Assembly (NCBI GenBank): GCA_044892525.1
Contig: CM097887.1
Span: forward strand, 92,420,397-92,484,396
Direction: 5' to 3'
Length of the DNA: 64,000 nt
DNA from: Schmidtea polychroa
Taxonomy: Eukaryota
Shown here: positions 1-12,595 of the stretch, piece by piece
Numbering within the stretch: the stretch's first letter is position 1
Layout of the letters: each line of letters opens with the position of its first letter
Notes under the pieces: model-generated
The model's database searches: none
What the model saw: the letters and a program-made list of their open reading frames with translations, nothing else
Told to the model about the DNA's origin: nothing
Translations under genes and position numbers: made by a program

Positions 1-149
1 GAGGGAAGTAAAACGAAAGGAAGCAGTTTGATTACTGTATTTAGACGACGATAGTCTTCACACGGTCTGTAGATGCGGTCTTTTTTTATGAATACGTTGA
101 TTAGGGAAGCGCAGAGTAAATATGATCTGCAGATAATGTCTGTATCTTT

Positions 150-650
150 CTATTCTGTAAACTCTTCTTTCACTTTACTAAGTATGTCTGGTGCTAATGG
201 ATAAGCACATTCGAGTAGTGGTGGAGTTTCTGTGGTGTCGATTTCATGTGTGTAAAACATTTTGTTTTGGTCATAATTTTCACATTCTGTTGTCTCCGTT
301 GTTGATTGTCTCAGTAAACTTTCAATAACGTTGTGGTGTTTATCATCAGCTTCGATTAAGAAAATGCTTCCTTCGACTAGTTTTTTGTTGTCGTTTATGA
401 TATTTTTGGTAGTACACCATGAGAGTGGTTTATGTGTTGAAAGGAAATATAATCCAAGGATTGTTAAATATATTGGAGTAATAATGAAATCTCCAAAAGT
501 AAATTTGTTGAAATCCTTCAATATCACATGTTTTACGAGTACTTAGAGTTTCACCTGTAGCAGTTTTGAGTGTGGTGATGTCATTTGTTTTCCTAGGAAA
601 TGTTGATGGAAAAATATAGAAGCTGAAAGCAATGTCTAAAAGAAATTTTA
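150..650 (-). pseudogene. Degraded Ty3/gypsy pol fragment: aspartic protease and protease-RT linker
   Basis: Minus-strand translation gives KFLLDIA (decayed DTG site), LKTATGETL, ILGLYFL (ILGxDFL-like) and HEIDTTETPPLLECAYPLAPDILSKVKEE (H.I.T..P..Y..V.EE linker before RT). Frameshifted. Confidence 0.7.
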
Positions 651-1612
651 TTTTTGAAGTTTTGGATGATGTGAAAATTGAAAGAATTTGATCTGACCTT
701 TACTAGGAATATGATAAAGGTAGTAATGTAGTGGAACAGATAGTCTTCCATCGCTTGTTATATATGACTCGTTTTTTTGTTGTTTTATAGTCATGGTAAT
801 ACTTACAACCTTTAAAAAATGGTGGCGTGACTGCGATCCTTTGTGTGATGAATATATACATGTTACATGTTATGAATATATGCATGTTACAGGTATATTT
901 TTTCTACTTCAAATATATTTTCGGATATATTCGCCAAATTGTCTACGTCAGCCGTGTCTGACGCCACTAGAATTGCCTGTGTCGATTGAGTTTAAGCTGA
1001 AATGAAAAAATGTTTAAGTGTGTGGTCTGCTTGATAGACTTAACTTTTTAATGTATTTAGATCTGGTATTGCTTTTTTAAATGAATTCAGACGGTCGTTT
1101 TGTTTGCAGGTTTTGTTCTTTAAAATATTTTTAGGTGTCGGTATGAGGTTCTTAATCAAGTGAAAGCAGTATTTTTTAGAGTTTCGTATGATGTTGGGTG
1201 TTATGGTATTCCGTGTATTATGTGAATATATTTCTTTCAGGACGTTCAACTTTTAATTTTAAGGAATGGTTGCTTCAACTACTGCTAGCCAGGCCGTGGG
1301 TGTTAAAGAGTTTGAATCTGCCAAAAATTGAGAAGGGTGTTGTCCATTCTGGGTCAGTTTCTACTCTTATTATTTCAGTTTTTAAGGTTTTGTGGTTATG
1401 GTTTTTTTTGTTGGATTATTTCCGCGAGCCCCAATATATATGTTTATGGTCGATTGTTCTTTAATTTGGCCTTGTCATGGATTACGTATCCTTGGGTCAT
1501 TTGGTTGTATGTTTGTGATTCTAAGTATTGGAATTTCTTATTTATTTTATTATGTAGTACTTCTAGTGAGTTTATGTGTGAAGTGTTCATGATTTGTTGT
1601 TTTTGATCTGTT

Positions 1613-2056
1613 TCACCACTTTAAAACAAAATCACAATTATAATAATTACAACCTTTTACAAGTTTTATCATGTCACCATAACCAAGATCTAGAAAAGCC
1701 GCAGCAACACTAGCAGAAGTATTGATTGATAATTGTCCAATCCATGTTGAATATAGTACACCAACTGAACTTACGCCATTACCGGAGGCAGATGCAGAAT
1801 GGGTTACAACACATAACATAGTCAATATTCACTTATTATTGTTAAATGTGATGCAGTTATCATCAACATTGGCGTAGTTTGTGGAAGCAGTATTTTCCAC
1901 AGTTCTTTTACCAGGACCGGTGGAATCTGCATTCCTGATTTGGACACTGCACGCATCACTCCTGAGGGATATATATATCAACAAAGATTTCAGCGGATGC
2001 TTCCTTTGTTTTGTATCGTCCGTCAATTTCAAATGCAAAGATCCCAAAGCGAACAT
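1613..2056 (-). other. Orphan Cys-containing reading frame split by one in-frame TGA
   Basis: ORFs 1829-2056 and 1613-1825 are in the same frame, joined across AAG TGA ATA; no recognisable domain. Confidence 0.35.
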
Positions 2057-2089
2057 GCAAATTTTGAGGAATTAATCCCTTCAAAAACG

Positions 2090-2460
2090 TGCATCTTAGT
2101 TCTGCTAGTTAAGCGAGTAAACTTTTTCTATCAATGGAGTAAAAAATAAAATAGAAATTAACTTTCGTTGAATAGAAATAAACAAATATTTTAAAGAGCA
2201 TATTCCTATAAAAAATTTGAAATTACTATGCAATTTGAATTTGCAATTAGCTTACCTGGTCAGGTACTAATGCGACAGTTGAAAGAGTATTTTTAATTAT
2301 TAATGATTTCTGGAGTAGTGTCAAATCGATATTAAACATAGATATTTTATCAGCCGTGACTTCAGTGAATGTGAATCTCCAGTATACACGAGACTATTCT
2401 ATTGAAAAGAAATCATTCAAATGAAACATCATTATCAAAATTGAAAATATTGAAATAACT
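2090..2460 (+). pseudogene. hAT transposase C-terminal (dimerisation region) remnant
   Basis: Frameshifted reading EFAISLPG..GTNATVERVFLIINDFWSSVKSILNIDIL matches the hAT EFxLxLPGTxAxVERxF..N..W motif. Confidence 0.6.
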
Positions 2461-3945
2461 TTTTTCTTACTAAAAATTTTTTTAAATCGCGTAACAATCC
2501 GCACTTTTCCATCATTTGAACTGCTTTCTAGAAATAATAGTTGCTAGTTATTTAAAAAATAACTTTAGAGATTAGATTACCATTTTGTTCACACTGGGTA
2601 CTTTTAAATGAGGTACTTTTTATGTTTTTTCAGATTATTATGAAAAACAAATCGATTTAATAAAAACAATTATTATTTATTCTTTTGATAAAACTCGTGT
2701 GTTAACTTCTTGAAAGTGTATCCTTTTTTATATAATAAAATAGAATAAAATTAAGTTTTTAAAGTTTGGAAAAATAAACAAGAAGTTTAAAAAATTCATT
2801 TTGTTTGATTTTTCATTTTTTTAAAAATAATTTTTTGGGGTTCCATAATGATTTAAATGTGATGAAAGGGGTTTTCTTGACTAAAATAAATTGGGAAACG
2901 CTTCCCTTGTGTTCACTGGCTCACATCTTTTTAATTCTAAATTAAAGTCGAATTTTTCAAAACATTTTCAGATTTAATAATAAATTGTTTTTTAGTGAAA
3001 TTAGAAAAACTGAAAACAGTAGAAAAAAGAAACGATAGAAATACGTATGAGCTTGAAGAAAAAATTAAGCGACTTCTCGCAGAAAGCAATTGATCATGAC
3101 CATAAAAATCTGAAATATTTATGACGGTTTATAGATGTATATGATATATTGTTATACCAATAGAATTTAATATAATTTACTTTTATAATTCTTTAATTTT
3201 TATTACCTTCAATATTTTTATTTATTTTATATCAAAATTATTCTGATAATGAAAATATATATTTTAATAAATTATAAATATAAATTTCATTTAAAATTAA
3301 TACAGCCCTATCGACAGGCTTTTGTCACTATTTTAAAATATGTTTGCGAGAATATTTGAATACATAGAAAATGTGGTCAAACTCGTAAAAATGGCGAAAT
3401 AATTAGAAAATGATTCGTGACTGTTGGATTAATTGATAATTGACTCGTTGAATGATGAGTAGGGCCGAACACAATTGATAATTAATTATAAATTATCTAT
3501 AATTAATTGACTCGACGCCCAATTTAGATTTTTCATCGATAAGGTAAAAAACAGGAATTCTCCAAGTAAACAGATTTTCGGCTAGCTAATTTTATTTATC
3601 GATAATTAGTGACAATAGCGAATTAATTTTATCTGACTGATTTTTTTTAATTTGTAAAATAAAATAAAATAATATATTTATGTTAATAATAATTTTCAAA
3701 TATAAATTTCACATGCAGAAATTAAATAAAATTAAACTATGACGAACAATGAATCAAAATTTATTTCGCATTGATCAAATCCCCGTTCATAGCGCTCTGA
3801 GGTTAATAAACCCATTTTAATAGTAAGAGGTGTAATGACATCGTATGAGGAGGAAGGGTATAATGATGAATATCACTAAATTTTCTTCTGCGACCAATTG
3901 CGTCGAAAATGTTACTCTAAATGATCTTGAAAACTTATCTTTAGA

Positions 3946-4524
3946 ATGTGTGAACCAAGCTTGCCACCGAAAGGTCTTCAGCCATGCTTCTATCTCATGC
4001 GCTGACAAAAATGCAGATATAAAGAAGCTGCAGGAGTACAACGGGGCCCTGAAGAAACGGATTGAGAACTATGAAGACACGTGGTTCTCCCCACCACAAA
4101 TGAAGGAGGAGCGAGCGAAAATATTACGGCTGGAGCACTGTCAAGACAGTCTCCTAGAAGAAAGCCGTTGTCAACGGCTGACCATCTATTCCCAGCTCAT
4201 CACCAAGAAAGCGAACTACCATCACCAAAGCCCAGTTGCAGTGGACATGGACATCAATTTCCACCTCTAATCGCTCCAATACTATCAGAATCCTCCAAAA
4301 CGAATGACAACTCTACGTTGAACGCTATTAATCCCACTTCCTTGCCCAAGAAGCGAAAACGGCCATCGCGGGCCGAGAAAAATCAGAAGCGAAGGGACAC
4401 CATCGCTGCTTTAAAGGCATCCCTGTTCGCTGCCCAATCGACTAAGGAGCGAAGTTCAAAGACCGAAGTACCAACAGCACCAACATCATTCACTTTAGAT
4501 TTCTTGCGAGAATATATATTCTAA
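3946..4524 (+). pseudogene. Uncharacterised ORF family, copy 1 (internal deletion and frameshifts)
   Basis: MCEPSLPPKGLQPCF(+4 nt)SCADKN..TWFSPPQMKE..LRLEHCQD, then FPAHH..KKRKRPSRAEK in another frame; acceptor-like ctttag at 3939-3944. Confidence 0.75.
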
Positions 4525-5395
4525 CAGATCAGCCAAACCAAATACCCGCTAATCAGTTTCGATTTTATTCATTTCAAATTGTGAAGATAGTCAATTTAGC
4601 CAGAACCCCAAATCAAAGGAGAATAATAATTTTAGTAATTAAATATTTGATTTTCATTTCTCTTTTCTCCACTCAATGATTGTAATGATTTATTTAAACA
4701 CAAGGAACATTTATTTTTTAACAATTCAATATTTTTCAATAGTTTATTCACGTAAACAACATCGTCAAATGCCAATTGAGCTGCGATAATATTCTGAACT
4801 AAACTTCCAGCCGAGCGTTTAATTAAGAATATAAACAATGTCATACTTGTTGACTAAGCCGATATGTCAAATCATTAAACATCAGATACTCTAAGTGAAG
4901 TGACGTAAATTCACGATAAATTGTAGATGAGTGATAAGATGATCAATATTTTGTCCAAGCGCTAATCAATCAATAGGGTTTCTAAATTATAATGCCCAAA
5001 AACCAACCGTAGAAATCGAGGGAATGTATTCAGCGTCAAGTCAGATTCGGTACATAACCTCAGGTTGAGGCCGACCTACACATAACAGTTATTTAAATCA
5101 ACACATATTCCTATGATTTTAAATGAAAGCGAATTTTGCTTTTATAAAAATTGGGACATCAACATGGTTGAGTAAGCGTAATCACCCCAGTTTATAAATT
5201 CACTATTGATTTTTGATTTAATTGAATTGATTCTGCCATCCATCGATCCGAAAGTCTGTCAGATAGAGTCCGATAGAGTCAGTTTGAGGAGGGACGGTAA
5301 ATCACATAGCATCAATACCTGTTGTCTTTTGTCAGTCGGGCGCGCCGGAATCAAACATGTATATCGAACAACTCTATTTTATTTTTCTTCTTAGA

Positions 5396-5803
5396 ATGTC
5401 AGACCTGAATCCTGCGCGGATAAGAACGCTACAATTCGACATTTACACACAGAGATGTGTAACTTGAAAAAACGAAGAGTTGATGGAAGGGACGTGGTTT
5501 AACCCGCTCCAAATGAAGGAAAGCAACCGCAAAATATTGAGATTAGAGCACTGTCGGGACAGTTTGCTCGAAGAGAACCGTAGTCAGCGGTTTACGATCA
5601 AGGCACAATCGGAAACGCTGCACAGGGTGTACTCAGAGGCGGAGTTGCGCAAGATGGTGGCTGAATACCCGACGACTGACATAGATAATATCTTCTCACC
5701 ATTCAGGAAAATCATCTTGTATGAGTCACGGGGCGGACACATTTTTAATTTTCTAAAGATTAGTCCACATTTGTCGAACATCCTATTTGATTGGTTTTTG
5801 TGA
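5396..5803 (+). pseudogene. Uncharacterised ORF family, copy 2 (frameshifted, 3'-truncated)
   Basis: MSDLN..SCADKNA..GTWFNPLQMKE..LRLEHCRDSLLEENRSQR..QSETLHRVY; acceptor ttttcttcttag at 5383-5394. Confidence 0.75.
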
Positions 5804-6134
5804 AGTTTTATGTCAATCGTATTTCAATTTTATTTGGAGTTTTAATCACATGTTATGTTTATATCTTAAAAAATTGTTTATTATTATTTTTGAATATTTA
5901 GCATTCTCGAAAATAATTAGTTAGTGTTACTTAATTTTGCAACATGATTTTAAATAATATAAATTTACATTATTAAATTAATAGAGGAAACAAGATATTA
6001 GAAAACGTTTTATTACATAATAAAACTTAATATAACAAAGGAGTAAGAGTTTCAGTTCTTTTAGTAGTAATTTATAATTAATATTAATTTGTTTGTAATT
6101 AATAAATTATTTATCATATTATCTTAAGGAAAGT

Positions 6135-7560
6135 ATGAATGAATTCAATGAATTGGAAATAGATTTTACTAACTTTTCATTGGATATTGTTAAAAAGCAG
6201 GAAGGTAGAAGATTCCGAAAAGCGATGCACGATGAAGCCACAAGAAACCAACTAAAAAAGAACAGAAGGAAACTTTTGGATAGATTTAGAAGTCGGTCAG
6301 TAGATAGTGATAGCGATAATTACGATGAAGATAATAACTATCACCATCTTAGTAAAAACCCAAATGCTAAACAAATCGAAACACCCCAATATCAGGAAAA
6401 GGAAAAGACAGGCGCATGGATCGCCAAAGCGAGTTATGTAGCACCAGATTTAGTCGGGCAACAATCAGCATCAATGAACATGGTACCAAATATGTATCCA
6501 CCAATATCAAACGGTACCGGAATGAGTTATGTACCTATGAGAAGAACAAGAATGGACCAGACAGGTGACGTTAGGACAATTGCAGTAATGAAAGCACCAG
6601 GCGGACCAGCAGTAACTTTCATGATACAAATCAAGGTTTTATTACAAATCAACGTTTATTTTTTAATATTATTATTTTTAATTAAGTTTATTATTATTTT
6701 GGATAAATATTATTATTTTGTCATAAAGACATCACGTGTCTGGAGCATGCACAGTGCATGTTTACAAAGCAGTGACTAATAGACAATCACATGGAAATTT
6801 CAATGTGATTTACAATGCATGCATGTATGTGTAGATGTAATATAATTGGTTCAGAGAGTAAAATATTCAGTTTATATATGTGTGTATAAATTCTGTTTGG
6901 TTGGGACAGGAAAATTTTCATTTTCTTTATAAACATTCACAAATTCCAAATTTGTCACTTAAAAAAATATTTTTTACATATTTCCGAAAATCAATTTTTA
7001 CTAATTTCAAAATGAATGACCAAAATAATATTTTGAGAGCTATGTTGGCTGGAGAACACAGTAATTTATTATTATTATTTTTATTTATTATTTTATTTAC
7101 ATTTAGCTAATTTATGGTAAGAAGTTACCGAAGCAGAAAATAATATGGAAGATGCCCCAATTATTATTAGTGAGGATGATGATGGTAAATTTAATTATTT
7201 ATTAAATTAATAAAAATTTAGATAAAATTATTCTTATGGAAAATAATGAAGTTATTATTATTACAGATGATGAAGAAATCATTGTTAGTGATGATAGTGG
7301 TAAGTTTTATATTATTTATCAAAAATATTTAAAAAGGAACTTCAGGTAATGAAACAAATTTAGTTACAAATGAAAGAGAAATTAAGAATATCGTCGATGA
7401 GGAACATGCCTCCACTAATATTGGAAATTTCGTCAATGAATCTGATGCCTCTAGTTATTGATTATGCAGTCGATGAATCTGATGTCCTCACTGCTAATGG
7501 GGATGCCCCTATACGGGATGAATTAGAAGATGGATTTGATTCCGATGGAATGGAAATGTT
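6135..7560 (+). pseudogene. Putative multi-exon gene or pseudogene: basic/acidic 5' ORF followed by acidic micro-exons
   Basis: ORF 6135-~6635 looks coding. GT-AG introns at 7061-7124, 7185-7266 and 7300-7363 join phase-1 exons into MNDQNNILRAMLAGEH-ITEAENNMEDAPIIISEDDD-DDEEIIVSDDS-VTNEREIKNIVDEEH; a frameshift follows. Confidence 0.45.
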
Positions 7561-7722
7561 AGCAATATTTATTTTTTAAATTAATTTTTTTAATAAATTT
7601 AACAAATTTAACAAAACAATTCGTTAAATGTATTAATTTAAATGATTAAATATTCAACAACTTTATTTGATAATTTAATAAATGATAAATTGATATTAAT
7701 ATTTAAACATCAAATTAATACA

Positions 7723-7874
7723 NNNNNNNNNNNNNNNNNNNNNNNNNNNNNNNNNNNNNNNNNNNNNNNNNNNNNNNNNNNNNNNNNNNNNNNNNNNNNN
7801 NNNNNNNNNNNNNNNNNNNNNNNNNNNNNNNNNNNNNNNNNNNNNNNNNNNNNNNNNNNNNNNNNNNNNNNNNN
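7723..7874. other. Assembly gap (152 N)
   Basis: Run of N. Confidence 1.
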
Positions 7875-8089
7875 TTTCATATAGTTTGCAGACAGCATGC
7901 AACTACCAACCTATGATAGTAATAATATTAATAATAATTCATATGAATCATTATAGTTTACAATTAAACTTAATAATATAACTTCCTATAATAATATTCA
8001 GATAGTTTACAATTACTGATTTCAGATTATTTTACAATTATTAATATTTATTTCATTTTTACATTGTTTTTTTTATTAGAAATGAAATA

Positions 8090-8490
8090 AATATTGCTGG
8101 GGCACTACACTCGAAGTTCCGACAGTGGGCCTTGACTCGTGTCCACTTGGTCCGGTACTCTTCCGCCTGTCGTTATGCCCGTTCCCTATCGGCTCGCATC
8201 TCTTCCAAGAGTTCCTGCACTAAAACAAAGGTAACATCAATATCTTTCTACATTATTGTCGATGTATTCTTGCCCTATCGCGGCCACCATCACTAAACGA
8301 GCCACTATCCTCACCCCATAACCCCGCATTTATGTGCCTCTAAACCCCGTTCCACTCCTAGGAGTCTCTCCAAAGACTCGTGGTGCTGTTAAGGATACTG
8401 ACCCTTAGCTGTATCGCGGTCAAACTACGTGAAAAGTCTATAATTGAGTTACGAGTAATAACAAACTACTAACATCAGGTGGGCATAATC
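8090..8490. repeat. GC-rich non-coding block, possibly a retroelement LTR or terminal region
   Basis: Sharp GC rise ending ...CTACTAACA TCAGGTGGGC; no partner copy in the window. Confidence 0.3.
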
Positions 8491-8725
8491 GATGAGTTTG
8501 CCAGTTAACTTTAATTACCAAATAAAGAAAATGTTCACAATTAGATTATTATACAAGACATAAATTAGTAACCAAGGACGTTTATCGAGTTAAACAATAA
8601 TGTACATTTAAAGGTCGAAATCAATACATGCAAACTGTAAATTTTATTCAACCGAATACGGTCATAGATCAATGTGAATTTGTTCGCGGCACGGTACCGC
8701 ACAGTGTTGATTCTTGATCTGGTTA

Positions 8726-9190
8726 TCACTTTGATTTGGCTGGATTGATCTTTCGTGGGCGACCGCGCTTTCGTGTTTGCTCCGGCTCTCGATAGGGACT
8801 TCGCGGCCATTCCAGTCCACGGCGGAGGGCTGCGGTCCGCTTAGGATGACATTGGGCTCGAGCGTAGCCGTCGCAGTCTTCTAATTCACCAGCCAAAGTT
8901 GCTTCCTCGAGCCGGTGTAGTCGATCTATCGCCGCCGTCACCTCGTCAAAGGCGTCGATCAAAGCTAATGACACGCGATTGAGGTAAGGCTCCACCTTTG
9001 GGGCCACTGGGATCACATTCTGATAGGTCCAGTCATGGATTTTGTACCAGATCCATCTGGACCGTAGCCGGGCGATTTCTGCGTCCTCTCTCAATCGGAC
9101 GGCTTCGTCTGCTTCCTCGCCGGTAATTTCTAGGCTCGAGTCGACTGATGAGGGGCCGGCCGGCATATTCCTCGACCTAGTGTTGGGCAT
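8726..9190 (-). CDS. Orphan 154-aa protein with helical core and C-terminal AT-hook-like KRGRPRK
   Basis: Intact GC-rich ORF; acceptor tttgtttatattacag|TC ATG with AG at 9194-9193. Confidence 0.6.
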   Translation of the reverse strand: MPNTRSRNMPAGPSSVDSSLEITGEEADEAVRLREDAEIARLRSRWIWYKIHDWTYQNVIPVAPKVEPYLNRVSLALIDAFDEVTAAIDRLHRLEEATLAGELEDCDGYARAQCHPKRTAALRRGLEWPRSPYREPEQTRKRGRPRKINPAKSK

Positions 9191-10239
9191 GACTGTAATA
9201 TAAACAAAATATTAGAACCAATCTTTGTACTTTTATTACGTTTGATCACTCCAAAATGTCCAAATACCTCATTACAATTTATATACACGCATAACACCCA
9301 ACCAGTTCAACAGACAATGATTTGTAGGCGAAGTAAATTAATTTACGAATTTATTTCTATATTTGGTTCATATATCCAATTTAATAAATTAGTTCCAGAT
9401 TACTAAATTAAATCAAGTTCCTATATTCCAGATAGGTAAATTAGGTTTATCAACTTAAGGGTGGGCATAATTAAGGTGGACAATTTCGCATTAAACTAAA
9501 TATTTGAATGAAATTTCCTAAATTAAATTAAAATAGATATTTGAATGAATTAATTAACTGAAGAATTTGAATTTCATAAGTCGATTAAAATTACCCGTCC
9601 AAATGGATTTGTTTATCTTAATTAAAATTTTAATTCATTATTTCACAATAAGCTCTCTTTCTTAAAAGGAAATTTCTCTTTTTAATCTACAAAATTTTGC
9701 TGCTAAGACCCACTACGAGGGAGAACATTGCTATGTATCGAAAATTATATTCGGTCCCTAGTAATTTCTAACCGTAGGGGTTGTGGGTAGCTCTATCCTC
9801 ATCCTAATGGGCAAGTAACTAAAATTTGTTAAATTTTCTATTCGTTTCATTTCAGGAATTCAATCTTCCCAACTCCCATTTCAATCAAGGAATATATCTG
9901 GATAAATTTTCTAGACAGTCGTGGGCTAATGACAGTTTACATGTGCCCTCTTACTTCATTTGCAAGTTGTTTGTACTCCATTTTTGGTCATCCCAATTTT
10001 TTGGTGTCTACATTTATACGTACAGTGGAAATGCCAGAATAAAGTTTTTGCTCAAAGGGGTTTTGGCGAGTCCCTTTTTTCGCTTACCTTCCTACATCCT
10101 GGGTAAGACTTTTCTAGTGACTGAGAAGGTTTGGTAAATGAGTTTTATGATTATTACTAAATATAATTTTTCGTTCTTGTTGAATTTAATAATAATAACC
10201 TTAAGAATGAGGTTGGTAATAATAATAGTAATAATAATG

Positions 10240-10735
10240 ATACAAAATACATTAATAATAATACTCATTGTAATAATAATATTAAAATAATAGTAATAAT
10301 AGTGACACGAAATATATTAATAATAATACTCATTGTAACAATAATATTAAATTTACAGTAATGATAATGATACGAAATATTAATAATAATACTCATTGTA
10401 ATAATAATATTAAATTTACAGTAGTGATAATGATACGAAATATCTTAATAATAATACTCATTGTAATAATAATATTAAATTTACAGTAATGATAATGATA
10501 CGAAATATTAATAATAATACTCATTGTAATAATAATATTAAATTTACAGTAGTGATAATGATACGAAATATATTAATAATAATACTCATTGTAATAATAA
10601 TATTAAATTTACAGTAATGATAATGATACGAAATATTAATAATAATACTCATTGTAATAATAATATTAAATTTACAGTAGTGATAATGATACGAAATATA
10701 TTAATAATAATACTCATTGTAATAATAATATTAGT
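10240..10735. repeat. Minisatellite, about 8 units with alternating 65/63-bp period, inside an Asn-rich frame
   Basis: ACTCATTG anchors at 10263, 10328, 10391, 10456, 10519, 10584, 10647 and 10712. Confidence 0.95.
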
Positions 10736-11485
10736 AAGAATGATGGAGATAAAAATAATAATAAGAAGAGCAATAATCATAACAACGAGGATGGTAATAT
10801 TAGTAATGATAATAACCTCAATAATAACAATGACAATATGGTTAATGATGGTACTAATAAACATAGATTCGTAGAGTATGGGATTACCACATGTGGGAAA
10901 TCACTTGCGGAAAATCATGAACTCATTTTTCGCCCTGAGATGTACAATGATATTTCTAAGAGTAAAGTAAGTCAACTAGGTTCCTGCAGCAAATTAAACT
11001 AATACTTTTAGGTGGTCCTTAGGGACTATAGGAATCGAAGAGTTATTTATGCAAACTTACGGGTAATCCTCCTACGTCACAATAAGTTGATTATGGCAAG
11101 AGCATTTATGAAAATTTATAACTCGTCATTTTTCGCATACCAAAATTCTAGCTAGGTTTTAAAATGAGCTGATTTAGGACACAACGGGTAATGAAGGTAT
11201 ATTTCGGGGGGGGGGGTCATTTAAGAAACTTGTAATTTAGTTTTTTCTGAACCTAATATAAGTTAAATATACATTAAGGAAACTTTATACTCCTATATAC
11301 TTCCATAAGGTAATAATATACATTTTAGTAAAGTAAATCTGTTGAAAATTAATAATAATAATAGAAAATTAATAATAATACTAGAAAATTAATAATAATA
11401 ATCATAATGATCCTAAATAATGGAAATTGCTAAATTAACATTGGAACATATTACTATCTAAAATTATACATTAACATGAGTTCAT

Positions 11486-11707
11486 NNNNNNNNNNNNNNN
11501 NNNNNNNNNNNNNNNNNNNNNNNNNNNNNNNNNNNNNNNNNNNNNNNNNNNNNNNNNNNNNNNNNNNNNNNNNNNNNNNNNNNNNNNNNNNNNNNNNNNN
11601 NNNNNNNNNNNNNNNNNNNNNNNNNNNNNNNNNNNNNNNNNNNNNNNNNNNNNNNNNNNNNNNNNNNNNNNNNNNNNNNNNNNNNNNNNNNNNNNNNNNN
11701 NNNNNNN
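11486..11707. other. Assembly gap (222 N)
   Basis: Run of N. Confidence 1.
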
Positions 11708-12595
11708 AGTATAATGTAAATACGTGTTAAGGAAGTTAATGTACTTGTATATGCCATTATATGGCAACGATATACCCCCTTTCTTAATGTAGTTTTTAGA
11801 AGATCAATCATGATAATAGCAAGGACACCCAAATTGATAATATTATTAGGACTCAAAAAAAAAATTTCTTTGAAGATTTTATGTCATCTACCTTTCAATA
11901 CGCAAAGAGGCAATAAAAATTGTTAAGGGATTTATAAAATATTTATTGAACGTGAACTAAAATACATTAAACAAAATTATGAATAGTAGTACTAAAATTA
12001 GTTAATATCAGGTATTAGTTTATGCAATTAGCCGACTACCGAAAGCCTCTGTATTAATTTGAGTCTGGGATATTTCCCGTTTAGATGATCCTAGTGGTCT
12101 GTTGATTTTTGGTATGTCGTTTACTGAAAAGTCGAGTTAATTGAAATTTTCCTACTTTCCCGACCCAACTGGATACGGTACGATAGGCCTTATTGTATTA
12201 TGTTTCCCGCGATTACTTTCCCGAAGTTTATTTCGTCCGCATAGTCCCTGTGACTATGCCAACTTAGTTCGTGGCGACCTCCGGTTAAAAAAAAAGTTTA
12301 GATTTTTATGCATGTGGGGTCGTAGACCCAAAATTTGTGCGTGTGGTCTATTAATTGGAAACAAGGCTGATCAGCATAGTGACTATAACCCGTTCACAAT
12401 GCTGGGCACTCTTATTTCGTGATAGTAAGATTAAACAAAAAAAACAAAAAGTTAATCAATATAATGAAATGAAATCACAAATAATAAAATAACAGTTATA
12501 AATTAAATAACAATCATGATAAAATTAATCAATCGTCCTTACTATTAGTGGGTTCCGAAATTTTCAAGAAAAATTTTGGCATAAAAAGATTAAAT

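Noticed and set aside
8098-8175. HDV-like ribozyme (GGGCAC/GTGTCC and CGACAG/CTGTCG crossing stems)
   Set aside because: L3, P1.1 spacing and the J4/2 C-x-A motif do not fit the consensus.
10240-10735. CRISPR-like array or genuine ORFs 10617-10874 and 10649-10864
   Set aside because: Units are contiguous with no unique spacers, the context is eukaryotic, and the Ile/Asn ORFs are by-products of AAT-rich repeats.
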